Shown one piece after another: positions 34,747-48,100 of a stretch of DNA of 64,000 nt. The translations under genes and the position numbers were made by a program. Positions within the stretch are counted from its first letter, which is position 1. Each line of letters opens with the position of its first letter. The notes beneath the pieces were generated by a model. That model worked only from the letters and a program-made list of their open reading frames with translations, searched no databases and was not told where the DNA came from. This stretch comes from Antedon mediterranea (taxonomy: Eukaryota; Animalia; Echinodermata). The stretch is taken from contig NC_092670.1 in the NCBI RefSeq assembly GCF_964355755.1, forward strand, positions 17,470,795 to 17,534,794. Reading direction: 5' to 3'.

Positions 34747-37700
34747 CTGTTCTATCTTTTGCATTTAATTGAAATTTCGAAAATGTAGTAGTGGCCCTGA
34801 CCAGCTGACTCCCCTTTGCCCTCCAACACTGGATCCGATCAGGCATAATATGTCTTGTAAAATGAATAGTAGACTTATTTGATGGCCGCCATTATTCGTT
34901 GTTCGCTTGATTGGCACGTCATAGCAAGACCTGCAAGTACTGCATTACTAGCAAATTAAATATGGAACGCCACAAACGCCTAAAAGACAATGTGTATAAT
35001 AAAATACAAAAGTAGATAAGATACTGTACATTTTTCATACAATGATTAAAATCTGTTTTATTTCAGATTTCAATAGCATTGGCCAGTTACTACTTCACAA
35101 GCTTACAAAAGGTACTAAATAAACGCTGCTCACTTTCATATTATAGTAACAACAAGGGATTGAGAAATGAACAGTGTAACATACAAACAAGGCCTAATAT
35201 ATAGTAATACAGTATTGGGTATAGTTCTATAATAATGTGTATAGGCCTAACATGTGGCGTACAATATGTGCCACAGATACTACGGTGATGAAGCACTTCC
35301 AACACTATATAACGACATAACAAGTACACGTCTTGCGTCACTTTGTGCACTGAACAACGACGTGTGGTATTGTGTCCCTTTGTGGGGTGCTGTCAGAAAA
35401 ACAATAGCGATACAAAAAATATTTATATAAGAATAGCACCGTATACCACTGTATCAACCCAAAGCTATAAGAACCAACATATTAAGTAAATATATATATT
35501 TGTATGAATTAGGGAGTTTAAATAAAAACTACATTAAATTTAAAAAAAAAAAACCAAACAAAATGTATATGAGGTCCTGTTACCAGTAAAAGTATACCCA
35601 TTACAATCATTTACCATACTGACTCAGGAATAAGTCTACCACCTATTAACAAAAAGTGTGCCCAGTTTGGGGTGGGCTTATACCAGAGGTTATGCATCTG
35701 ATTAATCCAACATGAATATTACTCTATATACAAGGGTGGGGTTATAACTGACTCATCAATGTATCAACACAGTGGAAAACCTATTGGACATAAATATATT
35801 CAAAATGCATACAACAGAAATTTATTTTTACAATGATTATTAGCATCCATGGGACAGCTCTCACACAATTTCAATATAAAACATTAAAAATTTATTTATA
35901 TCTGAATTACTCTACAACAAAATATACCACTCTTAATATTTCAAAAAACTATAATGCCATTAGATTCGTTTCTATATTCGTAAATGTTATAAAAATTAAA
36001 TTCTATCAAGTCAGGAATTAACGATCTTCTTCAAAATAGCAAATAAATTTTGAAAATACTATTTCAGATAAATTAACTTAAAATTTGAGGTATTTCATAT
36101 CGGAGCAAGAACCAATTTGTAGAAGAGGTGTGAAAAATATATCATATTTAATAAAATACAGTAAATTTGGACAAATTTGTTCAAAATACATATTTGTTGA
36201 TACTACCAGAACAAAATTTGTTTGTTACTGCAGTAGGCACTTTCATTAAACTATCTGTTTTCATACGAATACAGTTTATACCATTTTATACGTTTTACTA
36301 ATAAAATATTCTATAACATCAGGACATTCAAAATTGGTTTATTACAGTACTCTATCAAAGTATCTGTTTTAATTTTCATAGAAATTTTTAAAATTAAAGT
36401 AAATATAATTATCTAAATATCACGACTTTACGTCTATTATGAAAACAGCATTTTATAAAGCAGCCCTGAACATGATTAATAAACACACATAGTTACATGT
36501 CATCACATATTTGGTCCCCTGAACATGTATAATGGCTTTCAAAGTATGCATCCGGGGCCACTGAACAAGCATATAAAAGCATGCTGCGTACACATGTGCC
36601 CCAAACACTTCATATTTCAGCAGTATACATTATTATAAACAAATCAGGCAAAGAACATTAATTCTAAACCGCCTGGTGATATACTGAAATTTAATTAATT
36701 AATTTGAAACGATAATTGTTTTTCTGTCAATTGTTTGATGCATATTATTTTAACAAACGCGTACAAAAGCCAAACATTCTTTGATTTGCAAAACATACTT
36801 TCTTAAACAAAGTAAAATTAAAAATTATTAATGTCAACAAATAGATTGGAATATTCCATTATTGTGTGGGGTGAAAATGTAACAGCGTGACACACACTTT
36901 GTAAACAGGCAAACAGTAATATTATCTCCATACAAATGTGTACACAGAAAAATACCATATTCTATTAGTGAGTGACAACATTACTAACTAAAAAGTTTGT
37001 AACATGCTTTAAATACCATTATTACATTTGATTTGTATGACATAAACCTTTGGATCATGTGTACACATTTAACATTAATGTGCTATATTTCCCATAATAT
37101 TGATTATACTCATTTAATAACATTACAATATGGGGACATATCCCAAATATGACGATAGAATAACAAAACATTATCATAAAACAATAGATCATTGTATTAC
37201 AAGAATTATCAACAAATTATTGTTTATGAAGGAGCTAGCTCAGTAGCACTAATATTCAACAATGGTATTTTGATTTGAAAGGGTACAATATTCTAACTTG
37301 ATATTTATACTAATATTTGGAATGATGCTCTAAACATGATTAACAATTGACTAATGATATCAACATCAGCAGTCTGAAAGCACGAGCATATTCAAAGATG
37401 AAACCAGAGACATGGTAATATATGTCTCTGTTAAAAACTAATATTGTTAGTTTTAAACGATAATATTAAATTTCCACAAACATTACATAAACAGAGAACA
37501 TTGTAGAATGTCCAATTGTCATCATCGGCTTAAAAGTCTGTTACACATGTTACACACAGCCTGTGGTGATCGTTTTATGCAGCAATTCTGCCGTGTCTAT
37601 ATATAGTGTAGCATATCTATCCCATAATCCTTCCTCGGATAAAACTTAGCTGAATCGCATCTTTGATTGTACCGACCGTGTATCACTCCAAAACGTTCGC

Positions 37701-38664
37701 AGCAACTGTATTCACAATCAAGAGCTTGTACAATATGGTTTATTTACAATCTGTTCAAATGTCCACCCAGCAATCGTATTTACATAATCCAATGCCCTTA
37801 ATAAACGTTGTGACGATTTAAGTACAATATAACATTATACATTTACATAAAGAGAATATTAAATATACAACAGCAAGATTATCATGTTATCACAATGTTC
37901 AGTTGTCAAAACCTTCACACTTGGACGCACAAAGTTGGTTCACATTAATAACGTACATTTCTGAAGGTTCACATTGTCTGTTTCACACTCTTGAATTTGT
38001 AAATAGGTTCTGTTCACACATGATTTATGTACACAGCAAAAAGCTTGACAATTCACATTGCAATGTTTGACATTGTTTTACATTAAATCCACATACAGGA
38101 TTCAGCTCGTGTAATTCTTGTATTAAGCATACAAACAAGTTTTGATTTTGTCAAATTATTATACATCTCCCGCCGGTAAGACGCATGATGTTGTGTTTAT
38201 ACACTATGTACATTTAGTCACTCTTGATTCACTCACTGTTCTTTGTCATCATTCTTTGTATGTTCATCATTTGTGTTCACATACAGCTGAATTTGTCTTG
38301 ATAATATGCGTTCACACAAACATCTGAACTACACCAAGTAGACGATTCATATTTCGTATTCATATACAGATATTATACTCTTGATATAAGAAAAATAAAT
38401 CCATGTCACGCTTCAATATAAATTTAATCTCTTTCTAGGTACTAGCGTTTCTGTTCAAATACAACTTTACTCTTTAAATGTACACTTGATCTTTCACTTG
38501 GCCCAAGCTGTGTGTGTTCAAATGTACAAAGTAACTTTTTTAAGCCAAATCTGTAACTGATATTGTTTTCAAATATACAATTCCAATTCCCTACTTTATA
38601 ACGTATTGATAGATGGTTGCGTTTTAAATCATCTCAAATGATGATAGTCAGTTTCCTTCAATAG

Positions 38665-39186
38665 TGTAGCCTTCTATCAGTCACTATGAAGTTTCTATAT
38701 GTTGTAGCCTTCTATCAGCCACTATGAGACATCTTTATGATGTAGCCTTTTATCAGCCACTATGAAGCATCTTTATGTTGTAGCCTTTTATCAGGCACTT
38801 TGAAGCATCTTTATGTTGTAGCCTTTTATCAGCCACTATGAGGCATCTTTATGTTGTAGCCTTTTATCAGGCACTTTGAAGCATCTTTATGTTGTAGCCT
38901 TTTATCAGCCACTATGAAGCATCTTTATGTTGTAGCCTTTTATCAGGCACTTTGAAGCATCTTTATGTTGTAGTCTTTTATCAGCCACTATGAGGCGTCT
39001 TTATGCTGTAACCTTTTATCAGGCACTTTGAAGCATCTTTATGTTGTAGCCTTTTATCAGCCACTATGAAGCATCTTTATGTTGTAGCCTTTTATCAGCC
39101 ACTATGAAGCATCTTATGTTGTAGCCTTTTATCAGCCACTATGAAGCATCTTATTTTGTAGCCTTCTATCAGCCACTATGAAGTAT
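38665..39186. repeat. 38-bp tandem repeat, ~14 copies, overlapping the HDAC4 stop codon and 3' UTR start
   Basis: Unit TGTTGTAGCCTTTTATCAGCCACTATGAAGCATCTTTA; central copies alternate GCCACTAT and GGCACTTT variants. Confidence 0.95.
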
Positions 39187-42100
39187 CTGCTTGTGTTTCT
39201 TCTATTATGATTTCCGCATCCATTGGCTCCTCTCTGAAATAAATTGAGAATTTGATGAACACCTCAACATATTTTAATGTCCAAACTAACAACATAATTT
39301 AAAGGTTTTGTAAATGTCACTTGCACTACCAAGACCAAACAAAAATGAATTTCTGACGACATATGATGAGTTATTTTGTAATCATCATTTTAATACTGGG
39401 CCTGTTCAGACTTAATTAAGATATCTGGTAAGTTGGTTTCATGGTCTTTTTTATTATTTTACCAACCATTTTAATTTTTAAGTGCAACTGAGAGCGCAGA
39501 AGGGATATGGTTAAAATGAGTTACTTACTCTGCTGGTTGTTCTTGTTTAACTTGCATTGAGAGTGATGCCATTGCATTAACTGTTTCTTCATGTTCTTTG
39601 TCAGCAGCCTCACTAGCTGAACACGCTGCCAGGTTAGCTTTGTTCCTCACACTCGTCCAGAACTCAGCTGTCAAATGATTCATTCATTAATGTAATAATT
39701 CACCACATAATGATTATGATGGATTGAGTAAAATAGTGGAAACACGAGTACACATGGAAACACAATATATTAGCATAAAAACATGATTAGTTGTAGTTGT
39801 AATTTGGTGGTAAATTTGCTTGCCTTCCAATCCCAATATCAGTGGTTCAATCCTGCCCTAGTGCCAGGGTTGGAACTCACAACTCTTTGTACTCCACTCC
39901 AAAGTCTCAAATGAGTCTTGGTTTATAAGTACGATACAATTTATCAATCCTGTAAATGGCGAGTTGCTGTTGGGTGTCGATGAAATAAATATAAGTAGAG
40001 AGGAATCTGGGTAAATAATTAAATACTGAACTTTCTACTTACATTGAATTTGAACAGTTTTTTGTAGGCATAAAACAGCATTTTTGCAAGGTCGTCTCTC
40101 CATGACCTCTCTGGAAAACTGTAACTCTGGTCCATCTTTACCTAAGAGCACCATGGTGCAAGCCTCGGCCGCATCACAGATTGAAGTCAGGTCGTAGCCT
40201 CCTTCCAATACGAGCACCACACGGCCTCCTGCTAGGGTCATTAGCTGGCGAGTCATATATGCAAATCCTACATGAAACACAAGACACTCTGAACTGACTG
40301 TATACAATACACATTTTACAAGCCATGTGGTGCCAAAGGTTGTATTTACTTTAATGGGGCAGTATAATGCATGATGGATGCTATAGTTTATCATTACATG
40401 TCAAATATAGACGTCTGGGCAGAATTACACATATTTATACACACTCATTTTAAGATGCTTATAGAACATTTTTAAATTATGTAATACTGCTAATACAGAT
40501 ATTCGCGGTACTAGACGTACCATTTATTTTCTATCACCAGAATATATATACACAGTGTTTCTTTTACAAGAATATTTCTATAAGTTTAATCTAAATCATA
40601 ATAAATGGAAAACATGGCTCTTAAAACGGTTCAATATATAGTGAGTGTGGAAGCACACACCCCAATGTTCCTGCATGATACATGACAACTTAGGACGCAA
40701 GAACTATGGATATTGTATCGTTGGTCGTCAATTGGAAATAAAATCTTTAAAAACTTGAGTGTGGAAGCACAGATCCCAATGTTCCCGCCGCATGATGTAA
40801 CTAATCACTTGTACTACTTACCAGCATGCGATACTTCATATCCACCAAGAGGGTTTGGATGACCTGGGGCAGCATCAAATCCAGCTGATACTAACACTAC
40901 ATCAGGTGAGAACTCTCTAGCCAACGGCATCACAATAGTCCTACAAAAATACAGTACAGAACTTATTAAATTATGGGATGGCAAAAAAAAAAAAAACAGG
41001 CTAAAGCTTCATTCACGCCTGTTCTGGTTCACAAATCCAGTTCATGAAGCGTATCACTGTTTTTGACAATGATTTGAACATATGATTCAGGTATTTAAGT
41101 AAGAAGATGTTTTGTCCAACTCCACCATAATTTAGTCTAGTTGTTTAAAAGAATTATTGTTCATTTAAATGATAATGGATCATGTCAAAATTATTCTACT
41201 ACAGTAACTACATTTTAACATGGTCCCTAAGATAATGCTAGAAAACAAGAAACCTAAAAGCAGCTAAATACTCGGCATCTCCTAGGGGAGGATCAAGGCC
41301 ACCATGCCACGCAATGTTCACGTTGAATCCAAGACCATCACCGCAACCACACTGTAAATAAAAACAATTTTATTTACTTTACTAACATGAAAATTAATAT
41401 GGAACAATTTTCCATATGGGGATACTAAAGGTAAAGTCAATAAATGTAATTTTTTTTATTATAAAACTATTAGGACAAATTGACTGTACCTTCTAATCCT
41501 TCATCTACTGACTGGTTTTTGTGATTAAAAGTTTAAATTGTTTTATATCATTTACTTTTAATAGTTTTACACAGCACATTCATTTTGTTCCTGTTTTATT
41601 TAAACATTTAAAAAAAAAAATCCACCTCGTCAGAAGCACCTGTCCCTGGGAAGAAGTTTCCGTTGTCATGACGATGTAACGAGATGTAGAGAACATGTTG
41701 GTCATCATAAAATAATTTCTGAGTTGAATTGCCATGGTGTACATCCTACAAATCAAAAATAATTATAATATCTTTTTTATTTTCCATTTTCTCAAAACAT
41801 CTATATTATAATAGCACTGAACCAAAATGTGTCCCCCATCTCCTCCTAAACCACAAGTCTAATACTAGCGCTGTTTTAGCTGGGGCATCTTTTAATTTAC
41901 CTTTATTCATTACGCTATATAAAACGGAAAATTTGTACAAAAAATGTGCTTTTTTAGGCCAATTTCTTTGCAACTGCCAAATGCTGCATTTGGTAATTCT
42001 CGGCCACATTGAAATAATTAGTTCAGAAATGTAAATTTCATTGACACAATTACTGCAGTAATGTAAATGTTTCAATTGAGAAGATTTACAGTAACTGTAC

Positions 42101-45100
42101 AAGAATAACTAATTACAAAATGTATCCTTACCCAATCTACAATCAGAATCTTGTTGAGTTTTAGTTCTTTGCGCAGCTGTTTGGCAGCTATGGCAATGTT
42201 GTTGAAGAAGCAAAAGCCCATGGCCTGTGAGACCTCTGCATGGTGACCTGGAGGTCGCACCAGAGCAAAACCATTCTTAAGAGATCCTGTAGATACCTTG
42301 AAAGCAAGATCTATTACACATCCCACTGCCTACATTAACAATAACAAGCAATTATGTTTAGTAAGTAAAAGTTAAATCTTCTTAACTACAGTATAAAATA
42401 GACTCATAGTATTTACTACAGTCAACTCTCCCAATACCGGACTCTCCCAAAACCGGAATACCCAATTCCGGAATCCGGACAAATTATGAAGTACAAAACA
42501 CGAAAATTAGCGTCTGAAAACCGGACTGACAGTAATAAAAAACTCCAAATATTTACGAGAACAACGTAACATAGTCGTCGCTGACTCAAATTCAATACAT
42601 TCACAATGTACAAAAGCTTTTAACCATACCCTGACCATGCATGAAGTGCGCGACGTTTCGCGGTACGATCAAATAATGTTGCCATGGAGCGCTACACTGT
42701 GATTGACAGGTCAGTTCATTGTTAACCCACGAGGCGGCAATTACTTTGTTGCGTATCGAACTGCGGTGGGCTAGGGCTTTTTCACATCGAAACGCTATGT
42801 CTTAATGTCTATTGTTTTTAGCAGGGAGTTGTTAACAACTCCCTGTTTTTTAGCATATGAATTGTTTTTTAATAAAGTTCAATTTACATTCCACTTTGTG
42901 TCTTTGTTTTGTTTAAATTATTGTTAAATTCACAATTGCAATAGGACTTTAAAAAGGAATGTTTCACTAAAAATGTGCATCATTATAAATTTGGAAATCA
43001 TTATGGCAAAACGGGGCAAAACGTAAACGGAATGAACTTGACTTAACTAGTGTTAATAAAATTGAAATGTTACCAATTAATTATTGTGTCATTATTGCTT
43101 GGCTCGTTTACCTAATCAATTTTCATCATTGCTATCAAATTACGTCAAAATATAGGAGCTTAAAAAACATGTGGTCTAGGTGTGGGCGTTTTTATTTGAT
43201 TATGACACCTCTGCACATGCGCATCAATCAAAGCCCCGCTTTGCTATTTTTATCACCCATGCTGCTGCTGCTAGCTAGCTCACGAAAAACAATAAACAGA
43301 CCGAAATTATGTTCACCGTACGTACGTAGGCCTTTTTGCCGTTAAAAACACATTGAGAAACAATAATTTACTATTGTAACATGTTTTATTAGTACAGTAA
43401 ATAATGTAACTTTTAAAAAAGGTAAATTGAATTAGCTTAATATTAATAAAGTAGGCCTAGGCCTATCAGTATTTATTTAATTAAAACTAGCTTGACACAA
43501 TCATAGCCTAGGCCTTCCCTATGCTAGACCGTACCGGGCAGCATTCGGACCGGTGATTCAAAGCATTTTCAGTGACAACGTGATGACTTTAAAAATATGT
43601 TTTCAGGAAACCGGACTTTCGAAAAACCGGAAAATATATGCCCGTCCAAGGGTGTCCGGTATTGGGAGAGTTGACTGTATTACCGTATTTAAATAGTTAT
43701 TTCCAGTATTTATTCACAGCTTAGAAATCATATACAAACTAGTGTCTAAAGCTCTGTCTACACTATAACACATTATGTGATGTGCACAAATATGGAAACG
43801 ATGACATCATATCACTACCATATTTCAGTAACATCACACTATTTTTTCAAACTCCTGGACAGAGCTTTAGAACATAAACTAATATAGTTTTATTGAATTT
43901 TAAAAATTTGTTTTATTTATAGCAGAATGGTTCCTTGTTTTCAAACAAACGAGGCAAAACATATTCTTTAAATGCTCTTTAGGTTAGGGGACACCTGTTG
44001 GGTCCTGACGGTGTCCCCTCAATAGAGGTTCTACATTAAAAGTATCTATTTGATAGCTGCCCTCTATAACATACCATTTTTACAGCACCTGATGAATTGT
44101 AGTCATTCCAGACAGTGTCATTGTCAGAATCTACACCAAGACCACCACACGGTAAATAGGTAAAGTTTAGCCGAGGAATGATTGCTAACAAACAAAATAA
44201 AATACAATAAGTATATGTTATAAATATCTAACTATTTAGTCACTAAAAGTAGTTAATACATAAATGATGCTGCATCAATAATTGAAGTTTCCTTTTTATT
44301 GCATGCTTAGACCTGTGTGTAAAAGTAACCAAATGTTGAATTGTCTTATCATAGTCAATTCAAATTGTTGGTGCCAATGAAAAAATAAATGATAATGAAT
44401 ATGATAATGAATATGACAATGTAAATGACAATGTAAATGCCAATATAAATGCCAAGGTAAATGACAATGTAAATGACAATGTAAATGACAATGTAAATGA
44501 CAATGTAAATGACAATGTAAATGCCAATGTAAATGACAATGTAAATGACAATGTAAATGACAATGTAAATGTACTAACCAAGTTTTGAACTGTCTAATCT
44601 TGATCGATTCAAATTGTTGGTACCATAAAATAAAGTATATCCTTCGCTATGACATGATTGTATCTCTTCCAATGTCCCCTTTCTCCCATGAAGTTGCTGT
44701 CAACAACAAAAAAAATATAGAAAAATCAATCAAACAATCAGAGTAGAGCTGGTTACAAAATCTTGGGCGAATAATCGTACCAAATTAATTATAAATCAAT
44801 AAAAGAGCAATAACATATTTTATCATAGATCTTGAGGCGTTTTCTATTTAAAATTCAGCACAATAAAAGTGGCTTCAGGTCGAGATATTTGCATACACAA
44901 TGAGTACTTAACCACTAGATAAAAAATGATAGACCAAAAATCTGTCCCTGTTGAAGTTCCATGGGTCAGTGAAGGACATAATCAAAGATTCTTCAATTGA
45001 AGATGAATATTAGAAAAAATAAACAAACAAAAGATCATGTGACTACAATAGTCCATCTTTGACTTACGTGGCATTCGGCAACAATACCCCTCTCTTGAAG

Positions 45101-48100
45101 CCTTGCCCATATGCTCTGTAACCTCCCTGGATGTTCCGGGTGGTTTGAGTTGTCCCCACAAGAACACTGGTGTTTTAACATCTGTTGATCGAATGCTAAC
45201 CCTATTAAAAAGCAACAATGATTGACTTATTAGGCAGTGCTATATGGTGTAATGGTAAAAGAATCAGAGGCATGGATTCGAGATCTGTCTGTTCCATATT
45301 GCTTGTATTTATTTTTATTTATTTATTCATAGGAATCACCTTTATATCAGTGGCACACATTTATCAGTTAATGGTGCATCCAAGTTACAGTCAAAATTAC
45401 AAATAACATAAGCCACAAAGTTCTAAATACTAATAATACATAACATCAAAACAAAATGTAAACTAATTAATTAATTAAATATGTATGGCAATACATAATA
45501 TACAATGTACAATACAGTATCGTTAGGCAAGATGGTTTACTCTTATTAACCCATCCCTATAATATATATAAAATCATTTGTCTCATGTTCACACATTCAA
45601 TTCAATTCAATTCAAAATTATTTAATCATCCCACACGGGGCAATTCAAATAAAAAGGTCTGGATTAAAATGATCTTACAAAATATACAAAATATCACAAT
45701 ACACAGAACAACAAAAAAAAAAAAAAAAAGTCAAGTCAAGGTTCAAGAATTTAAGAGTCGAATAATTGTACATGTTTATGATAAAGAACATGGTACACTG
45801 TTATATAAGGGATCATTTCCTGGTGTGTTGATCATTAGATGCTGCTCTGTGGCTGCCATGGGTATGCAGAGGGCCTAATCTGAATTTTTTCAACCGAGGA
45901 CGAATTGTAATACATTGAAGTCCAGTGATGGTATACAGTTTTGCCATGTTCTGTGAGATGACAATTTCTAGTTGTTGATCTGTATTAGCATTGAGACATT
46001 GCTAATATAAACATACCAAGTTCAGGCCTTGTCCTTTAAGGCGAGCGAGTGAAATCACTCACCTAACACACTCCTAAACTGCCCTTGAGAAGTGCGATTT
46101 ACAACACGCTTAAATTTGGTAAACTTCTACACACCAAAATACAAACAGCACACCTACAGCATCCCTTAATGTATTGAGGAGTGCAATTTGTAGCACACCT
46201 AGAATTTTCAAAAGACAAGGCCTGCAAGCTATCATAAACGATATAACTTAAAATACCAAGGACTACTTCTTAAGCCAACCTACCAGTTGTACTATCATTT
46301 CTGAGTTGGTCATTTCTTGGGAATGTGCTTGATGTACCTGGTGGTAAGCTCTTTGTCCGACTTATTGGTTTGTGAATAGAATTCAAATCATCTCCAAGAC
46401 CTACATATCATCAGTAAAAATAATAATAATAAAACACACTAACTAGGTAATCATCATCAATTCAATATTTATTTCGACCAAAGTAAACATTTGTATACAA
46501 ACAAGAAACACAACAAGTATCACTTGGTCAAGGGAGGACATAGAGACTCAGATAAGTCCGTCACTGTCACCCCTCATAATCCTCTTTCATATTGGTGCAT
46601 GGTTGTTCATTTTAAGTCTCTCATATACAATACCCACAGCAAATAGAATAAAATTTAATCAATTTTTTAAAAAAGAATACAGAAACACTACAGGCCAGCA
46701 ATATAAATAAATGACAAATAATAATTTGAAACAGTATAAAAATGAGATCTGCAAGAGTGAAAACTTGTTTCTGCTGTTTGATACCCAGATGCCCAACAAT
46801 AAGATGATGGCGGCTAAATTATACTTAGCACTTGCCTGCATAGTGCTACTCCTTACTGTTATTTACCTGTAGGTGTTGAAGGTGTTAATGGCCCTAGTGA
46901 TTGTTGTTTCATCAACTCTTCTTGTTCCTGAAAAATTCAAAGCAAAAATTAAATATAATTGTTGAAGTCATTAATTTTTCCAGTGAGGATTGTCAACATG
47001 AACTGTATAACTTGGAAATAGGATGAGAACATTGTGTAAACCAAGTATTGTTGTGAAAGTTCGGCAGATGCACACAGATATTGTCAAGCCTGAGCTGTTA
47101 CAGCGGTACTTTTTCTCAGTCATTCAATAAATCATGATGACTGAACTATGCAATGCCAGTTGTGGCGAGCTTTAAAATAACAATCACTCAGTCGTCATCC
47201 TCATACATTACTGCTTCGTAAACTCACTCACTTGTTGTAACCTAATTCTCTCCTCCTCACTATCTACTGGTTCTTGTTTCACTTTGACAACATCTGTCAT
47301 CTGTTCAACTGCCTCTTCTTCTTCATCTTCTTCAACATACCGTTCGATTACCCTGTTATTATGGAGACGCTTAAAATTTGACGCCTAAAATTCAAAGCAA
47401 AACAAAAAATATTATTTCTTTTAGTCTAACAAAATAGTAGTGGGAATATATACACCTATGAGAACAAACCAAATTCATAGGAAAGCCAATTTAAATTTAA
47501 ACAAGACTTTTATATTATGAAACAAATTGCATGTCATCTTGTAAAGGCCTCATCCAAAATCTTACCAAAGCAGCCAAGGCTCTGTCTACACTATCAAACT
47601 ATAGGTGACAACAAAATTGTGATGTGCCCATATATGGACATGATGATGTCATATCACTACCATATTTTTTTCAAACTAGTTTGATAGTGTAGATAGAGCT
47701 TTCAACAACAAATACTAAGAATGTACCTCTTGCTTGGCTTTGTGTCGTTGCAGAAGCTGCTGTTGTTGGTGGTGAAACTGCTGTTGCTGTTGTTGAAGTA
47801 GCAACCGCTGCTGTTGGTGTAACTGTTGAATCTGTTGACTTGGGTTAGTGGGTAGAGGCTCAGATCGCGTTCGAACTAGAGGGCGGTGTACAGGCCTGTG
47901 AACAAATTATACAGAAAGGATATCAACAGAATAAACAAGTTTAAAACAATTTGTTTCAGAAGGGGAAAAAGATTGATCAATTCAGGTTAAATCTTGGTCA
48001 CTATTTGTATCGAGACAATAAAGCATGCCCTGTGTTAAAATATTTAGCTTTGGTGGAAAAATGCGTAAAACAATAACGGTGTATGATTTGCATAAAAGGG

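Noticed and set aside
39800-39880. tRNA genes (also 55690, 58378, 45235)
   Set aside because: A/B boxes are present but there is no intact cloverleaf, and shared non-tRNA bodies indicate SINEs.
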